From Armatimonadota bacterium (GTDB taxonomy: Bacteria; Armatimonadota; Armatimonadia; Armatimonadales; Armatimonadaceae), in NCBI GenBank assembly GCA_043754515.1, contig JAYUUO010000112.1, positions 1 to 40,706 on the forward strand: a stretch of 40,706 nt of DNA. Reading direction: 5' to 3'. Positions 28,653 through 39,070 of the stretch are shown piece after piece. Numbering within the stretch: the first letter of the stretch is position 1; the number at the start of each line of letters is the position of its first letter. The notes under the pieces were generated by a model. The model saw only the letters and a program-made list of their open reading frames with translations, was not told the DNA's origin and made no database searches. Position numbers and translations under genes: made by a program.

Positions 28653-29510
28653 AACGATATTAGTAATAAAACCGCGGATGAGTTCCTGATTCTCCTCCAG
28701 GGCGAAACTGCCGATTTCCAAAAACAACTGTCCACCTCAAATGGGGACTGGGTAGTGCGGGGGGTTATAGACGTCTTGCGCCGGGTGTATACGATCTCTG
28801 GTGACACGAAAGTGGCATCCAAACTTATAGAGTTGATGTTGTTACCGTGCTTCAGCGAGTTCGCGAGTAAACATGGTTACGAAATGGTTCTGGCGCGTGA
28901 GCAGAATCACTACCCGGATATGTCGTTCGTATCTAATGATGGGAGCAAGTTCGCCGTTGACTTAAAAAGCACCTATCGTGAGAGCGAAGCGCGGGCAAAT
29001 ACGATGACGCTCGGTGCTTATAGCGGGTATTTTAGAAACAGGGCTACGACAAAGACGACAACATTTCCCTACGGCGAGTATTCGGGGCATTTTGTCATAG
29101 GCGTTGTGTACGACCGCGCGGAACTAAAAGCGAGCGAGTTGAAGATCCATCAGGTACGCGAGTTGGAGGTTGTGAATGCTTTAGAAGACAAAATTTTCAC
29201 AGTTGATTCTCTAGATCAGGTTCCCGCCGTGGTCCGCAATCTGTGCTTCTTTGCACAGCCAAAATATCGCATCGCGAAAGATGTTCCTGGTAGCGGTAAC
29301 ACCAGAAACATTGGGGCGGTGGAAAATCTTGTTAAACTCACTACTGGTAATGGGCCGTTTGCCATGCGAGGCGAAGCGATGTTCGACGACTACTGAATGT
29401 ATTACATGACCATCAGTGACGCGAAAGCCGCCGGGTTGGGGAGGCCCCCCTATACCAATTTGAGATCATATTGTCAATACAAGAATATTCCCTGGAGCGA
29501 CGATAAATGA
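28653..29510 (+). pseudogene. EcoRV-family type II restriction endonuclease with a premature TGA (29394-29396)
   Basis: QNHYPD...AVDLKST catalytic motifs and GSGNTRNIG loop. FDDY*MYY sits at a W position, and the frame continues to TGA 29508-29510, overlapping the methylase ATG (ATGA). The 5' end lacks a clear in-frame ATG. Confidence 0.8.
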
Positions 29511-30460
29511 CCCAAATGCCGCGTTGCGTGAGTTGGGTGGGCGTGCCGCCGATCAAGTGTCAGGGCATTAAAACCAAGTTGGTGCCGTTTATTCTGAACA
29601 GTATCCGATGGTGTGATGTGGAGCGAGGGCGTTGGATCGAGCCGTTTTTAGGCTCGGGCGTGGTCGCCCTGAACGTCGCGCCACAACGTGCCCTTCTCTC
29701 TGACACGAACAAGCATATAATAGGGTTCTACAAGTCCGTGTATGAAGGCCAGATCACCGCCAGCACGACGCGGGCATTCCTGGAGAGCGAAGGAAAGTAT
29801 CTGGAAGCACACGGCGGGGAGTACTACTACGCGGTGCGGGAGCGATTCAACGAGAGCGGGTCTCCGTTCGACTTCCTGTTCCTTAACCGGTGTTGCTTCA
29901 ACGGCTTGATGCGATTTAACAAAAAGGGAGGCTTCAATGTCCCCTTCGGCCACAAGCCGGAGCGGTTCGCCAGAGCCTATATCACCAAGATCGTGAACCA
30001 GATAAATTGGGTATCGCGGCAGATGGCAGGGAAGGACTGGGAGTTTCGAGTCGCCCCGTGGCAAGATACCCTCGGCTCATGTCAACCTGGCGATTTCGTG
30101 TACATGGATCCCCCTTATATCGGTCGGCACGCCGACTACTTCAACACGTGGGACGAGATGGAGGCTGATGAATTGGCGCGGGCTACGCGGACGTTGCCCT
30201 GTGGGTACGCAGTCTCTATGTGGCTTGAGAATATCTACAGGAAGAACGCGCACATCGCGGTGTCATGGTCGGACACCGAGATGCGGGTCTGCAAACACTT
30301 CTACCACGTCGGCGCGAGCGAGGAACTACGTAACGAGATGGAGGAGGCACTTCTTATCAAGCCAGGATTCGCCACCGACGCCGAGAATAAGAATCCGGGG
30401 ATGACGATACGCCCTGTCACGGGGGACCTTTTTGCCCACGAGACTCGTGCGGTCGTATAA
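29507..30460 (+). CDS. Dam/M.EcoRV-family N6-adenine DNA methyltransferase
   Basis: PPIKCQGIKTKLVP, WIEPFLGSGVV, FLNRCCFNG, FNVPF, YMDPPY. Confidence 0.92.
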   Translation: MTQMPRCVSWVGVPPIKCQGIKTKLVPFILNSIRWCDVERGRWIEPFLGSGVVALNVAPQRALLSDTNKHIIGFYKSVYEGQITASTTRAFLESEGKYLEAHGGEYYYAVRERFNESGSPFDFLFLNRCCFNGLMRFNKKGGFNVPFGHKPERFARAYITKIVNQINWVSRQMAGKDWEFRVAPWQDTLGSCQPGDFVYMDPPYIGRHADYFNTWDEMEADELARATRTLPCGYAVSMWLENIYRKNAHIAVSWSDTEMRVCKHFYHVGASEELRNEMEEALLIKPGFATDAENKNPGMTIRPVTGDLFAHETRAVV

Positions 30461-30590
30461 CGCGCCGAAGGTGACACCGGCAGTGCGCCGTGCCGCAGGA
30501 AAGATCGCGTAGCGGTAAAACATTTGTTTTCCCGCGAATAATTTGGTATCATAGGCGGGCGACTGCTGGCCGCCCCACCCGACTCATCCC

Positions 30591-31166
30591 ATGCGCCTTT
30601 TTACCTGTCTTACCCTCACCCCCGATGTGCGCGACGCCGTGACCGCCACCCAAAGCCGCCTGAAAGAGATCGGGGCGAGCGTGCGGTGGACGGAGGCCGA
30701 CCATCTCCACGTCACCGTCTCGTTCATCGGCGACATCGCCGACCCGTCGCTCCTGCCCGAAGTCGCCGCCGCGTGCGCGGCTGTCGCGGACGAGACGCCG
30801 CCGTTCCGGTTCCGCGTCGCCGGGGTTAGTGTCTTCCCGAAGCACGGCGACATGGTGAAGACTGTTTTAATAACGGTCGGCGCGGGTTCGGAGCCGTGGA
30901 AAGAGTTGGTACGGCGCGCGGTGCCGTGGCTCGCGCCGTTCGGCGCGAAGCCGGAGAGTGGGCTGGTCGCGCATGTCACCCTCGGGCGTGTCAAAGGCGG
31001 CGAGAATCTGCCCGCGTTAAAGGAAGCGATAGCGCGCGAGGCGAATACCGACTGTGGCGAGCAGATCGCGGACCGGTTGATTTTGATGGAGAGTGTGTTG
31101 AACGTCCCCGGCGCGGCCTATATCGAGCGCGGTGCGTGGGCGTTCAAAGAAAAACAGGAGCAGTAA
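30591..31166 (+). CDS. thpR: RNA 2',3'-cyclic phosphodiesterase (2H phosphoesterase)
   Basis: MRLF start; two HxT motifs (LHVTV, AHVTLGR); directly upstream of recA. Confidence 0.9.
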   Translation: MRLFTCLTLTPDVRDAVTATQSRLKEIGASVRWTEADHLHVTVSFIGDIADPSLLPEVAAACAAVADETPPFRFRVAGVSVFPKHGDMVKTVLITVGAGSEPWKELVRRAVPWLAPFGAKPESGLVAHVTLGRVKGGENLPALKEAIAREANTDCGEQIADRLILMESVLNVPGAAYIERGAWAFKEKQEQ

Positions 31167-32225
31167 ATGGCAGCATCGGATAAAGAATCAAAGGCATTGG
31201 ATATGGCGGTCTCCGCCCTCGAGAAGCAGTTTGGTAAAGGTTCGATCATGCGTCTCGGCGACAAGGCGCGCGCGGGCGGCGTGGAGGCGATCCCGACCGG
31301 CTCGCTCGCGCTCGACATCGCGCTCGGCATCGGCGGCATCCCTAAAGGGCGCGTGATCGAGATTTATGGCGCGGAGTCGTCGGGCAAGACCACGGTCGCG
31401 GCGCAGATCGTCGCGCAGGCACAGATGCAGGGCGGTATCGCGGCGTACGTGGACGCCGAGCACGCGGTGGACCCGATCTACTTCCGCAACATCGGCGTGG
31501 ATATTGACAACCTGCTGATCTCGCAACCGTCCACGGGCGAGGAAGCACTGGAAGTCATGGACGCGCTGATCCGCTCGAACGCGGTCGCGCTGGTGGTGCT
31601 GGACTCGGTCGCCGCTTTGGTGCCCAAAGCGGAAATCGAAGGCGACATGGGCGCGAGTCTTCCTGGTATGCAAGCCCGCCTGATGAGCCAGGCGTTGCGC
31701 AAGATCACCGGCTCGCTCAGCAAGACGAACACATCCGCGATCTTCATCAACCAGATCCGCGAGAAGATCGGCGTCATGTTCGGTAACCCGGAGACGCAAC
31801 CGGGGGGGCGCGCCCTGAAGTTCTATTCGTCGGTGCGCATGGACGTCCGCCGCACGGAGACGCTGAAGCTCGGCAACGATCAAGTAGGGATCCGCACCCG
31901 CGTCAAGGTGGTCAAGAACAAGGTCGCGCCGCCGTTCAAGCAGGCGGAGTTCGACATCATGTTCGGACAAGGTATCTCACGCTCTGGCTCGATCATTGAC
32001 ATCGGCACCGAGCTGAACGTGATCGCCAAGGCCGGCGCATTCTATTCGTACAAGGGCGAGCGGCTCGGGCAGGGGCGCGAGAATGCGAAGAAGTTCCTCG
32101 AAGAGCGCAAAGATTTGATGGACACCATTGAGGGCGAAATCAAGAACGGCGACGCGGCGAAGGAAGCCCTCGCGCTAGGCGTCTCGGGCGGCTCCGGCGA
32201 ACCGGCGGAGGAAGACGAGGAGTAG
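31167..32225 (+). CDS. recA: Recombinase RecA
   Basis: [56 protein letters not shown]. Confidence 0.99.
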   Translation: MAASDKESKALDMAVSALEKQFGKGSIMRLGDKARAGGVEAIPTGSLALDIALGIGGIPKGRVIEIYGAESSGKTTVAAQIVAQAQMQGGIAAYVDAEHAVDPIYFRNIGVDIDNLLISQPSTGEEALEVMDALIRSNAVALVVLDSVAALVPKAEIEGDMGASLPGMQARLMSQALRKITGSLSKTNTSAIFINQIREKIGVMFGNPETQPGGRALKFYSSVRMDVRRTETLKLGNDQVGIRTRVKVVKNKVAPPFKQAEFDIMFGQGISRSGSIIDIGTELNVIAKAGAFYSYKGERLGQGRENAKKFLEERKDLMDTIEGEIKNGDAAKEALALGVSGGSGEPAEEDEE

Positions 32226-32231
32226 AGTTTG

Positions 32232-32293
32232 GTGGGGGGCGGTGAACCGTACCCGCTCGTGAGCCGCGAGCGGGTACGGTTCACTGCCCCCAC
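32232..32293 (+). terminator. Long hairpin after recA
   Basis: GTGAACCGTACCCGCTCG...CGAGCGGGTACGGTTCAC with outer GTGGGGG/CCCCCAC. Confidence 0.65.
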
Positions 32294-32304
32294 TCCATCA
32301 TACA

Positions 32305-32488
32305 ATAGGAGTTACGCGGTTCGTTAAGAACGCGGGTTGAAACCCACGTCATCGGCAAAACAAGTACAGTCAAAACTTGTTTTGACGATTGACTGTCCAA
32401 GCTACTTCGTAGCCGGACGTCTGGTACCCGCTTGCGGGTGGGACGGACAGATCCGGGCATCCGAAACCGCCAACCGCGTAACTCCTAT
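32305..32488. mobile_element. MITE-like element of about 184 bp
   Basis: Perfect 17-bp terminal inverted repeats ATAGGAGTTACGCGGTT (32305-32321) and AACCGCGTAACTCCTAT (32472-32488), AT-rich flanks, no convincing coding content. Confidence 0.8.
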
Positions 32489-32545
32489 ATATAATGGATT
32501 GCGACCAAACTAGTGTCAACATCGGCCGCCGTAAGGTTATCAAAT

Positions 32546-33759
32546 ATGTTATCTGTAAGAAAAGTGTTTCCCGTGCTAGCAATCGCTACCCTGGTGGGCG
32601 CGACCAGCATCGCGCTTACCGCCGGGTGTGGCGGGGGCAACGACGCCTCTCTGAGTGCCGTCGTGAACGCGGTCGAGTTCATCGGGCGAACTTACACCGG
32701 GTCCGTCCCGATAGACGCGGGGCGCGCCGCCGCCTTGAACCTGAAAGTCGCCGCGAACGGAACCGCGAACGGCACGATGACGCTTGCTAGCCGGGCCGTC
32801 GGAGTCGGACGGGCTACGCCGATCGTCAGCAAAGTCGGCGGCATCGTTAACCTGCAACCGGCGAGATAAACCTGACCGGTACCTATATCGAGGCTGGGGT
32901 GAAGACGTTCGCCATTGTGGGAATACTCCCCAGCACCGCGTCAGTAAGCAGTTTCTCGCTGACCATCGGCAGGAACCGGTTCAGTGGCGCGCTCGCCGCG
33001 TCAGGCGTCAACCCCACGCCAATCCCCTCCGTCACGCCCGTCGGCTCGCCGACCGCCTCCCCGTCCGCATCGCCGGGTGTCACGCCGACGCCAAACCCAA
33101 CTCCCACCGGCAACCCCGGTTCGTCCCAGACGTCCAAATACCACCCGCTTCATACGAGGGATATTCATACCCTCGCGGTGACAACGGGTACCGCCTCGCC
33201 CTCCGATGTTGGTACTCGCATCGGCAATCTAGTCACCTTCAAAGGCAAAAGTGCCTTCCGCAACGAGAACATTGGTGCGAATGGCCAGATTTCCCTCGTC
33301 AGCTTTGAGAATGTCATGCCCGGCGGATACACGGCCTACGGATACGAGGCACTATCCCCCACCGGGAGCGTTACCTCTAGCGGTGAATATGTGCCGCCGT
33401 TCACCATACCGGATGGCATTCTGAATGGAACTGCTGGTACGTTCTCGTACGTCGCGAACGTGGTGGATAGCGGGGGTACGACTATGCACATCACCTTCGA
33501 GGGGACCGGCACGCCTATGGGAACCCAATCGGTTACCGCGCCGGCGGGGACGTTCAACGCGCTCAAGGTGAAGGTACACCTCACCATCACCGGGTCCTCC
33601 GATGGGCTAAGTATAGTCACGACGTCCGATAGTACCGAGTATCTCGTGGAAAATGTCGGGGTCGTAAAAGTCGACTCGACGCTTACGTCGCAGTTCGGCT
33701 CCACGACGTCCGCGTCGGTCTTGAAATCGGCGACGATAGGCGAGAAGCAATACCCGTAG
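32546..33759 (+). pseudogene. Lipoprotein with Pro/Thr linker and beta-rich domains, frameshifted near 32855
   Basis: Lipobox LTAGC. Adding one base after AAC CTG joins GGIVNL to TGEINLTGTYIEAG of the downstream frame. PTPIPSVTP linker; VTAPAGTFNA...YLVENVGVVK domain. Confidence 0.7.
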
Positions 33760-33776
33760 GGGGTGCCATCCTTGCT

Positions 33777-33815
33777 AAACAAGCCGGGGTGTTTATGCCC
33801 CGGTTTGTTTCTTTT
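33777..33815 (+). terminator. Intrinsic terminator
   Basis: AAACAAGCCGGGG-TGTTTATG-CCCCGGTTTGTTT then CTTTT. Confidence 0.75.
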
Positions 33816-33870
33816 CCCCTCACAAGCAGGTACAATAGAGCACTATTGTTTGTGTGGAGGGGCGGCTAGC

Positions 33871-35946
33871 ATGGCTAAAGGCGTTGGCAGGTTTCAACTG
33901 GAGAGCAAGTTTTCGGCGAGCGGCGATCAACCGACCGCGATAGCGGGTCTCGTCGCGGGCTTGAAGAACGGCGACCGAATACAAACGCTCCTCGGGGCGA
34001 CGGGTACGGGCAAGACGTTCACCGCGGCGGAAGTCATCAACGCCGTGCAGCGACCGACGCTAGTTATAGCTCACAACAAAACGCTGGCGGCGCAACTCTG
34101 CTCTGAGTTCCGCGAGTTCTTCCCGAACAACGCGGTCGAGTACTTCGTCAGCTACTACGATTACTACCAGCCGGAAGCCTACATCCCGCAAACTGATACC
34201 TTCATAGAGAAGGACTCCTCCGTGAACGAAGAGATTGACCGGTTGCGCCACTCGGCGACGCAGGCGATTCTGGAACGGCGCGATGTGATCGTGGTCGCCT
34301 CGGTCTCGTGCATCTACGGCCTCGGCTCGCCCTCCTCATACCGGAACATGATGGTCTGGTTCCACATCGGCCAGGAGTATGACCGCGACGACATCCTACG
34401 CCGTCTGGTCAATATACAGTTCCAGCGCAACGATATGGAGCTTTCGCGCGGGACGTTCCGTGTCAAAGGTGATGTGCTGGAAATCTGCCCGAAAGACGAG
34501 GAGGTCGTTTATCGGGTGGATTTCGAGTGGGACACGGTGAAAAGCATTTCCGTCGTGGATCCCGTGACGGGCGAGATTCTGGAGGAGAAGGAAGAGTTGA
34601 CCATCTTCCCGGCCTCGCACTTCGTTTCCGACCCCGACAAGATAGACAGCATACTGCTCGGCATCGAGGCGGAGATGCGCGACCAGGTGCGCGTCTTCGA
34701 ATCGGAAGGCAAACTGATCGAGGCGCAACGCATCGAGCAACGCACGAAGTTCGATCTGGAGATGATCCGCGAGGTCGGCTACTGCTCCGGCGTCGAGAAC
34801 TACTCGCGCTGGTTCGACGGGCGCTCGCCGGGCACCGCGCCCAACACGCTCTTCGACTACTTCCCCGATGATATGTTGCTCGTGGTTGATGAGTCCCACC
34901 AGACGATCCCGCAACTCCACGCGATGTACGCTGGGGATAAACGCCGTAAGGACACGCTGGTCGAGTTCGGGTTCCGTCTGCCGAGCGCGTAGGACAACCG
35001 CCCGCTCCGCTTCGAGGAGTTCGAGGAGCGGATCAAACAGGTAGTGTTCGTTTCTGCCACGCCCGGCCCCTATGAGCGGCAGAACAGTCAGCGCACGGTG
35101 GAGCAGATCATCCGTCCGACCGGATTGATTGATCCCGATGTCATCATCCGCCCGACCAAGGGGCAGATTGACGACCTTGTCGGAGAGATCAGGAAGCGCA
35201 CCGAGCGGAGCGAACGCGTGATCGTCACCACGCTGACCAAGAAGATGTCGGAAGACTTGACCGAATACCTGATGGAGATAGGAACCAAGGTCCAGTACCT
35301 GCACTCGGAGATCCGCACGCTGGAGCGCACCGAGATTTTGCGCGATCTGCGCCTCGGCGTGTACGACGTCGTGGTCGGCATTAACCTACTCCGCGAGGGA
35401 CTGGACCTGCCGGAAGTGTCGCTAGTCGCGATTCTTGACGCCGACAAGGAAGGGTTTCTTCGCTCGGAAACGTCCTTAATTCAGACCATCGGGCGCGCCG
35501 CGCGGAACGTCGGCGGGCAAGTCATCATGTACGCGGATAAGATGACCGGCTCGATGGACCGGGCGATCAACGAGACCAACCGCCGCCGCGAGAAGCAGGT
35601 CGCCTACAACTCCGAGCATGGCATCACCCCGCAGACGGTTATCAAGGCGGTGCGTAGCGTGTTGGAGTCTAAAAAGGTCGCCGAATCCAAGTCCTATTAC
35701 AAGGTGACGAAGGCGGACGCCGCGAAGACGTTGCCGCTGGACCAGCTAGTACTCGCGCTTGCCGACATGGAGAAAGAAATGAAGCAGGCGGCGAAGGCAC
35801 TGGACTTCGAGCACGCCGCGCAGTTGCGCGACGAGATGGGCAAGCTCAAGAAACTGCTCCCGATTGAATCGCGGCGCGAGATGAGCCTGCCGTCGGGCGT
35901 GTTGAGTCCGCCGAAGAGCACGTCTAAGATCATTCGGAAGCGGTAG
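33871..35946 (+). pseudogene. uvrB: Excinuclease ABC subunit UvrB with one in-frame TAG (34990-34992)
   Basis: [70 protein letters not shown] domain; 692 codons in one frame. Confidence 0.9.
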
Positions 35947-36239
35947 ATTGCGGAGGCAGAAGTTGACGTCACACAAAGCCATCTCGCTGGTTAGGGATGA
36001 TGAACTACAAGCTATACGGCGCGTCGTCGCGCGGACGCGGACTAAAGCCTACCAAGGCGCACCCGGCGCGGAGTTGAGTGGAGTACTTGATGATGTCAAG
36101 ATCTGCTTTCGTTAACGCTTGAGCAGAACGGGCGCGACGAAGCGGAGCGCGAGGCGGAGCTTGCGTTGCTACTCAAGGATGTTGAGAAACGGTACGCGGG
36201 GTTCGAGGGCGTAGCCGGTCGCGGCCAGAAGTAGAGAAG

Positions 36240-36569
36240 ATGACAGACCATGTCGGAACTCCCTCATATTCATTCCTGGATGCTGCCGGTTTACGTTTTT
36301 ATCTGCCTGTGTACCTGATCTTGGGTCTACGTCACTTCAGAGACGACACACCCTTTAACACGGACTACATCGCCTATTTTCTGGGTGACCTAGGAGCAAT
36401 CCACGACCGTTTCCATCTTCTCGATACAGCCCAACGCACGGTCATTTGTCAATACCTTCGATTTTTCACGGAGTTCGACCCGGCGGGCGATTATTGTCAC
36501 GTAGAGGCGGTGGAGCAAGCACTTGCGCGGGGATGGCATATGTATTGCGAGACAACTTCGGATTCGTGA
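36240..36569 (+). CDS. DUF6714-like protein, probably 5'-truncated
   Basis: SFLDAAGLRFYLPVYL motif; upstream sequence looks like a broken N terminus. Confidence 0.45.
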   Translation: MTDHVGTPSYSFLDAAGLRFYLPVYLILGLRHFRDDTPFNTDYIAYFLGDLGAIHDRFHLLDTAQRTVICQYLRFFTEFDPAGDYCHVEAVEQALARGWHMYCETTSDS

Positions 36570-36589
36570 CGGTAGTGATCACTCGTCAC

Positions 36590-36728
36590 TCAGGAAACGG
36601 CGTAACCGGGAGTATCCGGGCGCAGTTCTGGTAGACGGAAGCCGAGTACAATCTCGCTTTTCGGGATAAGGAGCGAGTACCTGTTTGATAGTCTCGCGAT
36701 AGCGAGTCAGTTCGTCTAAGGAAGCCGT
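36590..36728 (-). pseudogene. XisI-family remnant with its central part deleted
   Basis: After AGGAGA: (ACG)ASLDELTRYRETIKQVLAPY joined out of frame to IPKSEIVLGFRLPELRPDTPGYAVS*, matching the two ends of XisI proteins. Confidence 0.7.
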
Positions 36729-36747
36729 TGCGTTTTTGTCTCCTAAT

Positions 36748-38442
36748 CTACTGTTGCATCATCTCTTGCTGTTGCTGTTGCTCGCCCTGATTCTTTGTCG
36801 GCTGGCTCTGCATCTCGACGCCCTCGACCGGTTCACGCGCCTTCTGCTCTTCGGCGGGGGCGTTCGCCAGAACGTCGCTCGTCACGCTCTGCCACTGTCC
36901 CTGTTGCCCCTGCTGTTGAGACTGACTCATCCCACCCATCGTCTGTGATTGCGATTGGAACTGGCCGCCCATGGGACGCGCGAGCACCCAGGTGTCTTTC
37001 GACCCGCCTCCCTGCGACGAGTTGACGACATAGGAACCTTCCGTAAGTGCCACCCTAGTCAGTCCGCCGGGGATAATCGTCACGCCGTCCGGCCCGGTCA
37101 GAATATACGGGCGCAGGTCAACGCGGCGCGGCACGATGCCGATGTCGCGCACGAAGCAGGGCGCGGACGACAACTCGATCAACGGTTGCGCGAGGTAGTT
37201 GCGCGGGTTCGCCCGTATCCGGTCAGCGAAATCGGCGCGTTCCGCCTCCGTGGATTGCGGCCCGATCAGCATTCCGTAGCCGCCCGACTCGTTCGCCGCC
37301 TTCACTACCAGATGTTGAAGGTTCGCGAGGATGTGGTCACGCTCGGAATCCTCCCAGGCGCAGAACGTCTCCACGTTGGGCAGGATCGCGTCCTCGCCGA
37401 GGTAGTAGCGGATGATTGCCGGGACGTAGCGGTAGATCACTTTGTCGTCCGCGATACCGGTGCCGATCGTGTTGGCGAGCGCGACATTGCCCGCCGCGTA
37501 TGCCCGCATCAGGCCGGGCACTCCGAGCGAGGACTCCTTGCGGAATGTCTCCGGGTCGAGAAAGTCGTCATCAATGCGCCGGTAGATGACATCCACGCGC
37601 TCCGCGCCCCGCGTAGTCTTCATATACACCATGTCACCATCCACGAAAAGGTCAGCACCCTGGACCAGTTCGATGCCCATCTGTTGCGCGAGGTAAGCGT
37701 GCTCAAAATACGCCGAGTTGTAGACGCCTGGGGTCAGTAGTACCACCACCGGGCTATGCTTGCGCGGGGCGATGGCACGTAGGTTGCTGAGAAGCACAGT
37801 GGAGTAGTGATCCACAGGGCGCACGGGGTACTGGTTGAAGAGTTGGGGGAAGATGCGGGTCAGGATCACGCGGTTTTCCAGTACGTACGAGACGCCGGAA
37901 GGGGTACGCAGGTTATCTTCGAGCACGCGCCAGTTCCCGCCATTGTCGCGGATTAGGTCGGTGCCGCAGATATGGACATGGATGTTTTTTGGCACGGGAC
38001 ATCCGATGAACTCGCGGCGGTAGTGCGCGGCGGACTCCACCAGATCGCGCGGGATGACATTATCCTTTAGGATCTTGCAGTTCGTGCTGTACAAGTCATG
38101 CAGGAACAGGTTCAGGGCGTTGATGCGCTGGGTCAAGCCGCGTTCGATCATGGCCCACTCTTCGGCGGGGACAATGCGTGGGATCAGGTCAACGGGGATG
38201 GTTCGCTCGATGCCCTTCGCGTCGCCATAGACAGTAAAAGTGACACCCTGATTCATCAGTGTCGCGTCCGCAATATTGACGCGCCTCGTGAACTCCGCCA
38301 GGGAAAAAGTGTCGAGCCGCTGAAAGAGGGCGCGGCAATAGGCTTGCGGAACGAGGTTCGCGGGATCGCGGAACATCTCGTCGAAGGCATCGCTATAGCC
38401 TCCACGTGTCAGTCCCTCCTGGTAGGCGGAAAATAGACTCAT
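36748..38442 (-). CDS. Circularly permuted type 2 ATP-grasp protein with Gln-rich tail
   Basis: GVTFTVY, DLIPRI, VLEDNLRTPSGVSY, LLTPGVYNSAYFEH, VIYRRIDD, VNSSQGGGSKDTWV. Confidence 0.93.
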   Translation of the reverse strand: MSLFSAYQEGLTRGGYSDAFDEMFRDPANLVPQAYCRALFQRLDTFSLAEFTRRVNIADATLMNQGVTFTVYGDAKGIERTIPVDLIPRIVPAEEWAMIERGLTQRINALNLFLHDLYSTNCKILKDNVIPRDLVESAAHYRREFIGCPVPKNIHVHICGTDLIRDNGGNWRVLEDNLRTPSGVSYVLENRVILTRIFPQLFNQYPVRPVDHYSTVLLSNLRAIAPRKHSPVVVLLTPGVYNSAYFEHAYLAQQMGIELVQGADLFVDGDMVYMKTTRGAERVDVIYRRIDDDFLDPETFRKESSLGVPGLMRAYAAGNVALANTIGTGIADDKVIYRYVPAIIRYYLGEDAILPNVETFCAWEDSERDHILANLQHLVVKAANESGGYGMLIGPQSTEAERADFADRIRANPRNYLAQPLIELSSAPCFVRDIGIVPRRVDLRPYILTGPDGVTIIPGGLTRVALTEGSYVVNSSQGGGSKDTWVLARPMGGQFQSQSQTMGGMSQSQQQGQQGQWQSVTSDVLANAPAEEQKAREPVEGVEMQSQPTKNQGEQQQQQEMMQQ

Positions 38443-38571
38443 GCGGTGCGCGAAACGTCTCCTTCAAATGTCATGGATGGGGGTGTTGGGCGATTGTACA
38501 GCAGTTGTCGTTAAGCGTCAAGCCATATCCCCCATGGTGGGGGCAAAGTTTACAGTGTATAGAGAACTCAA

Positions 38572-38846
38572 ATGCCAGACGTGTACGTGATCGGTGGACC
38601 AAACGGGGCGGGCATGACATCCCCAAAGCGACCATTCACCGGCTATATTGGGCGGGCCTACATAATCTGGTGGGGATTTACCTACCGCTCGCGGACCGGT
38701 GTCGTGTTTATGTGAACGAAGGGACCGGTCCGCCGAGAATCGTCGTAGCGAAAAGCGCGAACCAACCCGAACGCGTCCACGAAGCAGACCTCTGGAACAC
38801 GATAAGAACACAGGAGCGTACCCATGACAGACAAGAACCGACGTGA
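38572..38846 (+). pseudogene. Zeta-toxin-like P-loop ATPase (COG4185-type) with internal deletion
   Basis: MPDVYVIGGPNGAG breaks just before the Walker A Lys and joins out of frame to GGHDIPKATIHRLYWAGLHNLVGIYLPLAD. Confidence 0.75.
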
Positions 38847-39045
38847 CAATGAGAAGCCGTCATTTATGGTGGACAATACGCGGGAGGTGACGCGCCGTTT
38901 CCGCCTTGGAGTGCGGGAGGTGCTACGTGACCACACCTTGTCCGGGAACCCGGTGGCGGTCTGGCGCGACAGCAAGGTGATGCTACTTTCGCCTGAGACG
39001 GTGCTCGCCGAACTGCGGGGCAAGCGCGGTGTGCCGAAGACGTAA
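38824..39045 (+). CDS. Small protein of the type paired with COG4185 ATPases (putative antitoxin)
   Basis: AGGAG RBS; HTLSGNPVAVWRDSKVMLLSPE; overlaps the ATPase remnant. Confidence 0.6.
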   Translation: MTDKNRRDNEKPSFMVDNTREVTRRFRLGVREVLRDHTLSGNPVAVWRDSKVMLLSPETVLAELRGKRGVPKT

Positions 39046-39070
39046 CGCCGCGTGCGAGGCTCAGGGTGGG

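Noticed and set aside
3409..35946. Genome-wide stop-codon reassignment (TAG or TGA)
   Set aside because: TAG ends recA (followed by a hairpin), putA and uvrB. TGA ends the DAHP synthase and TPR genes. The internal TGAs lie in genes with other signs of decay.
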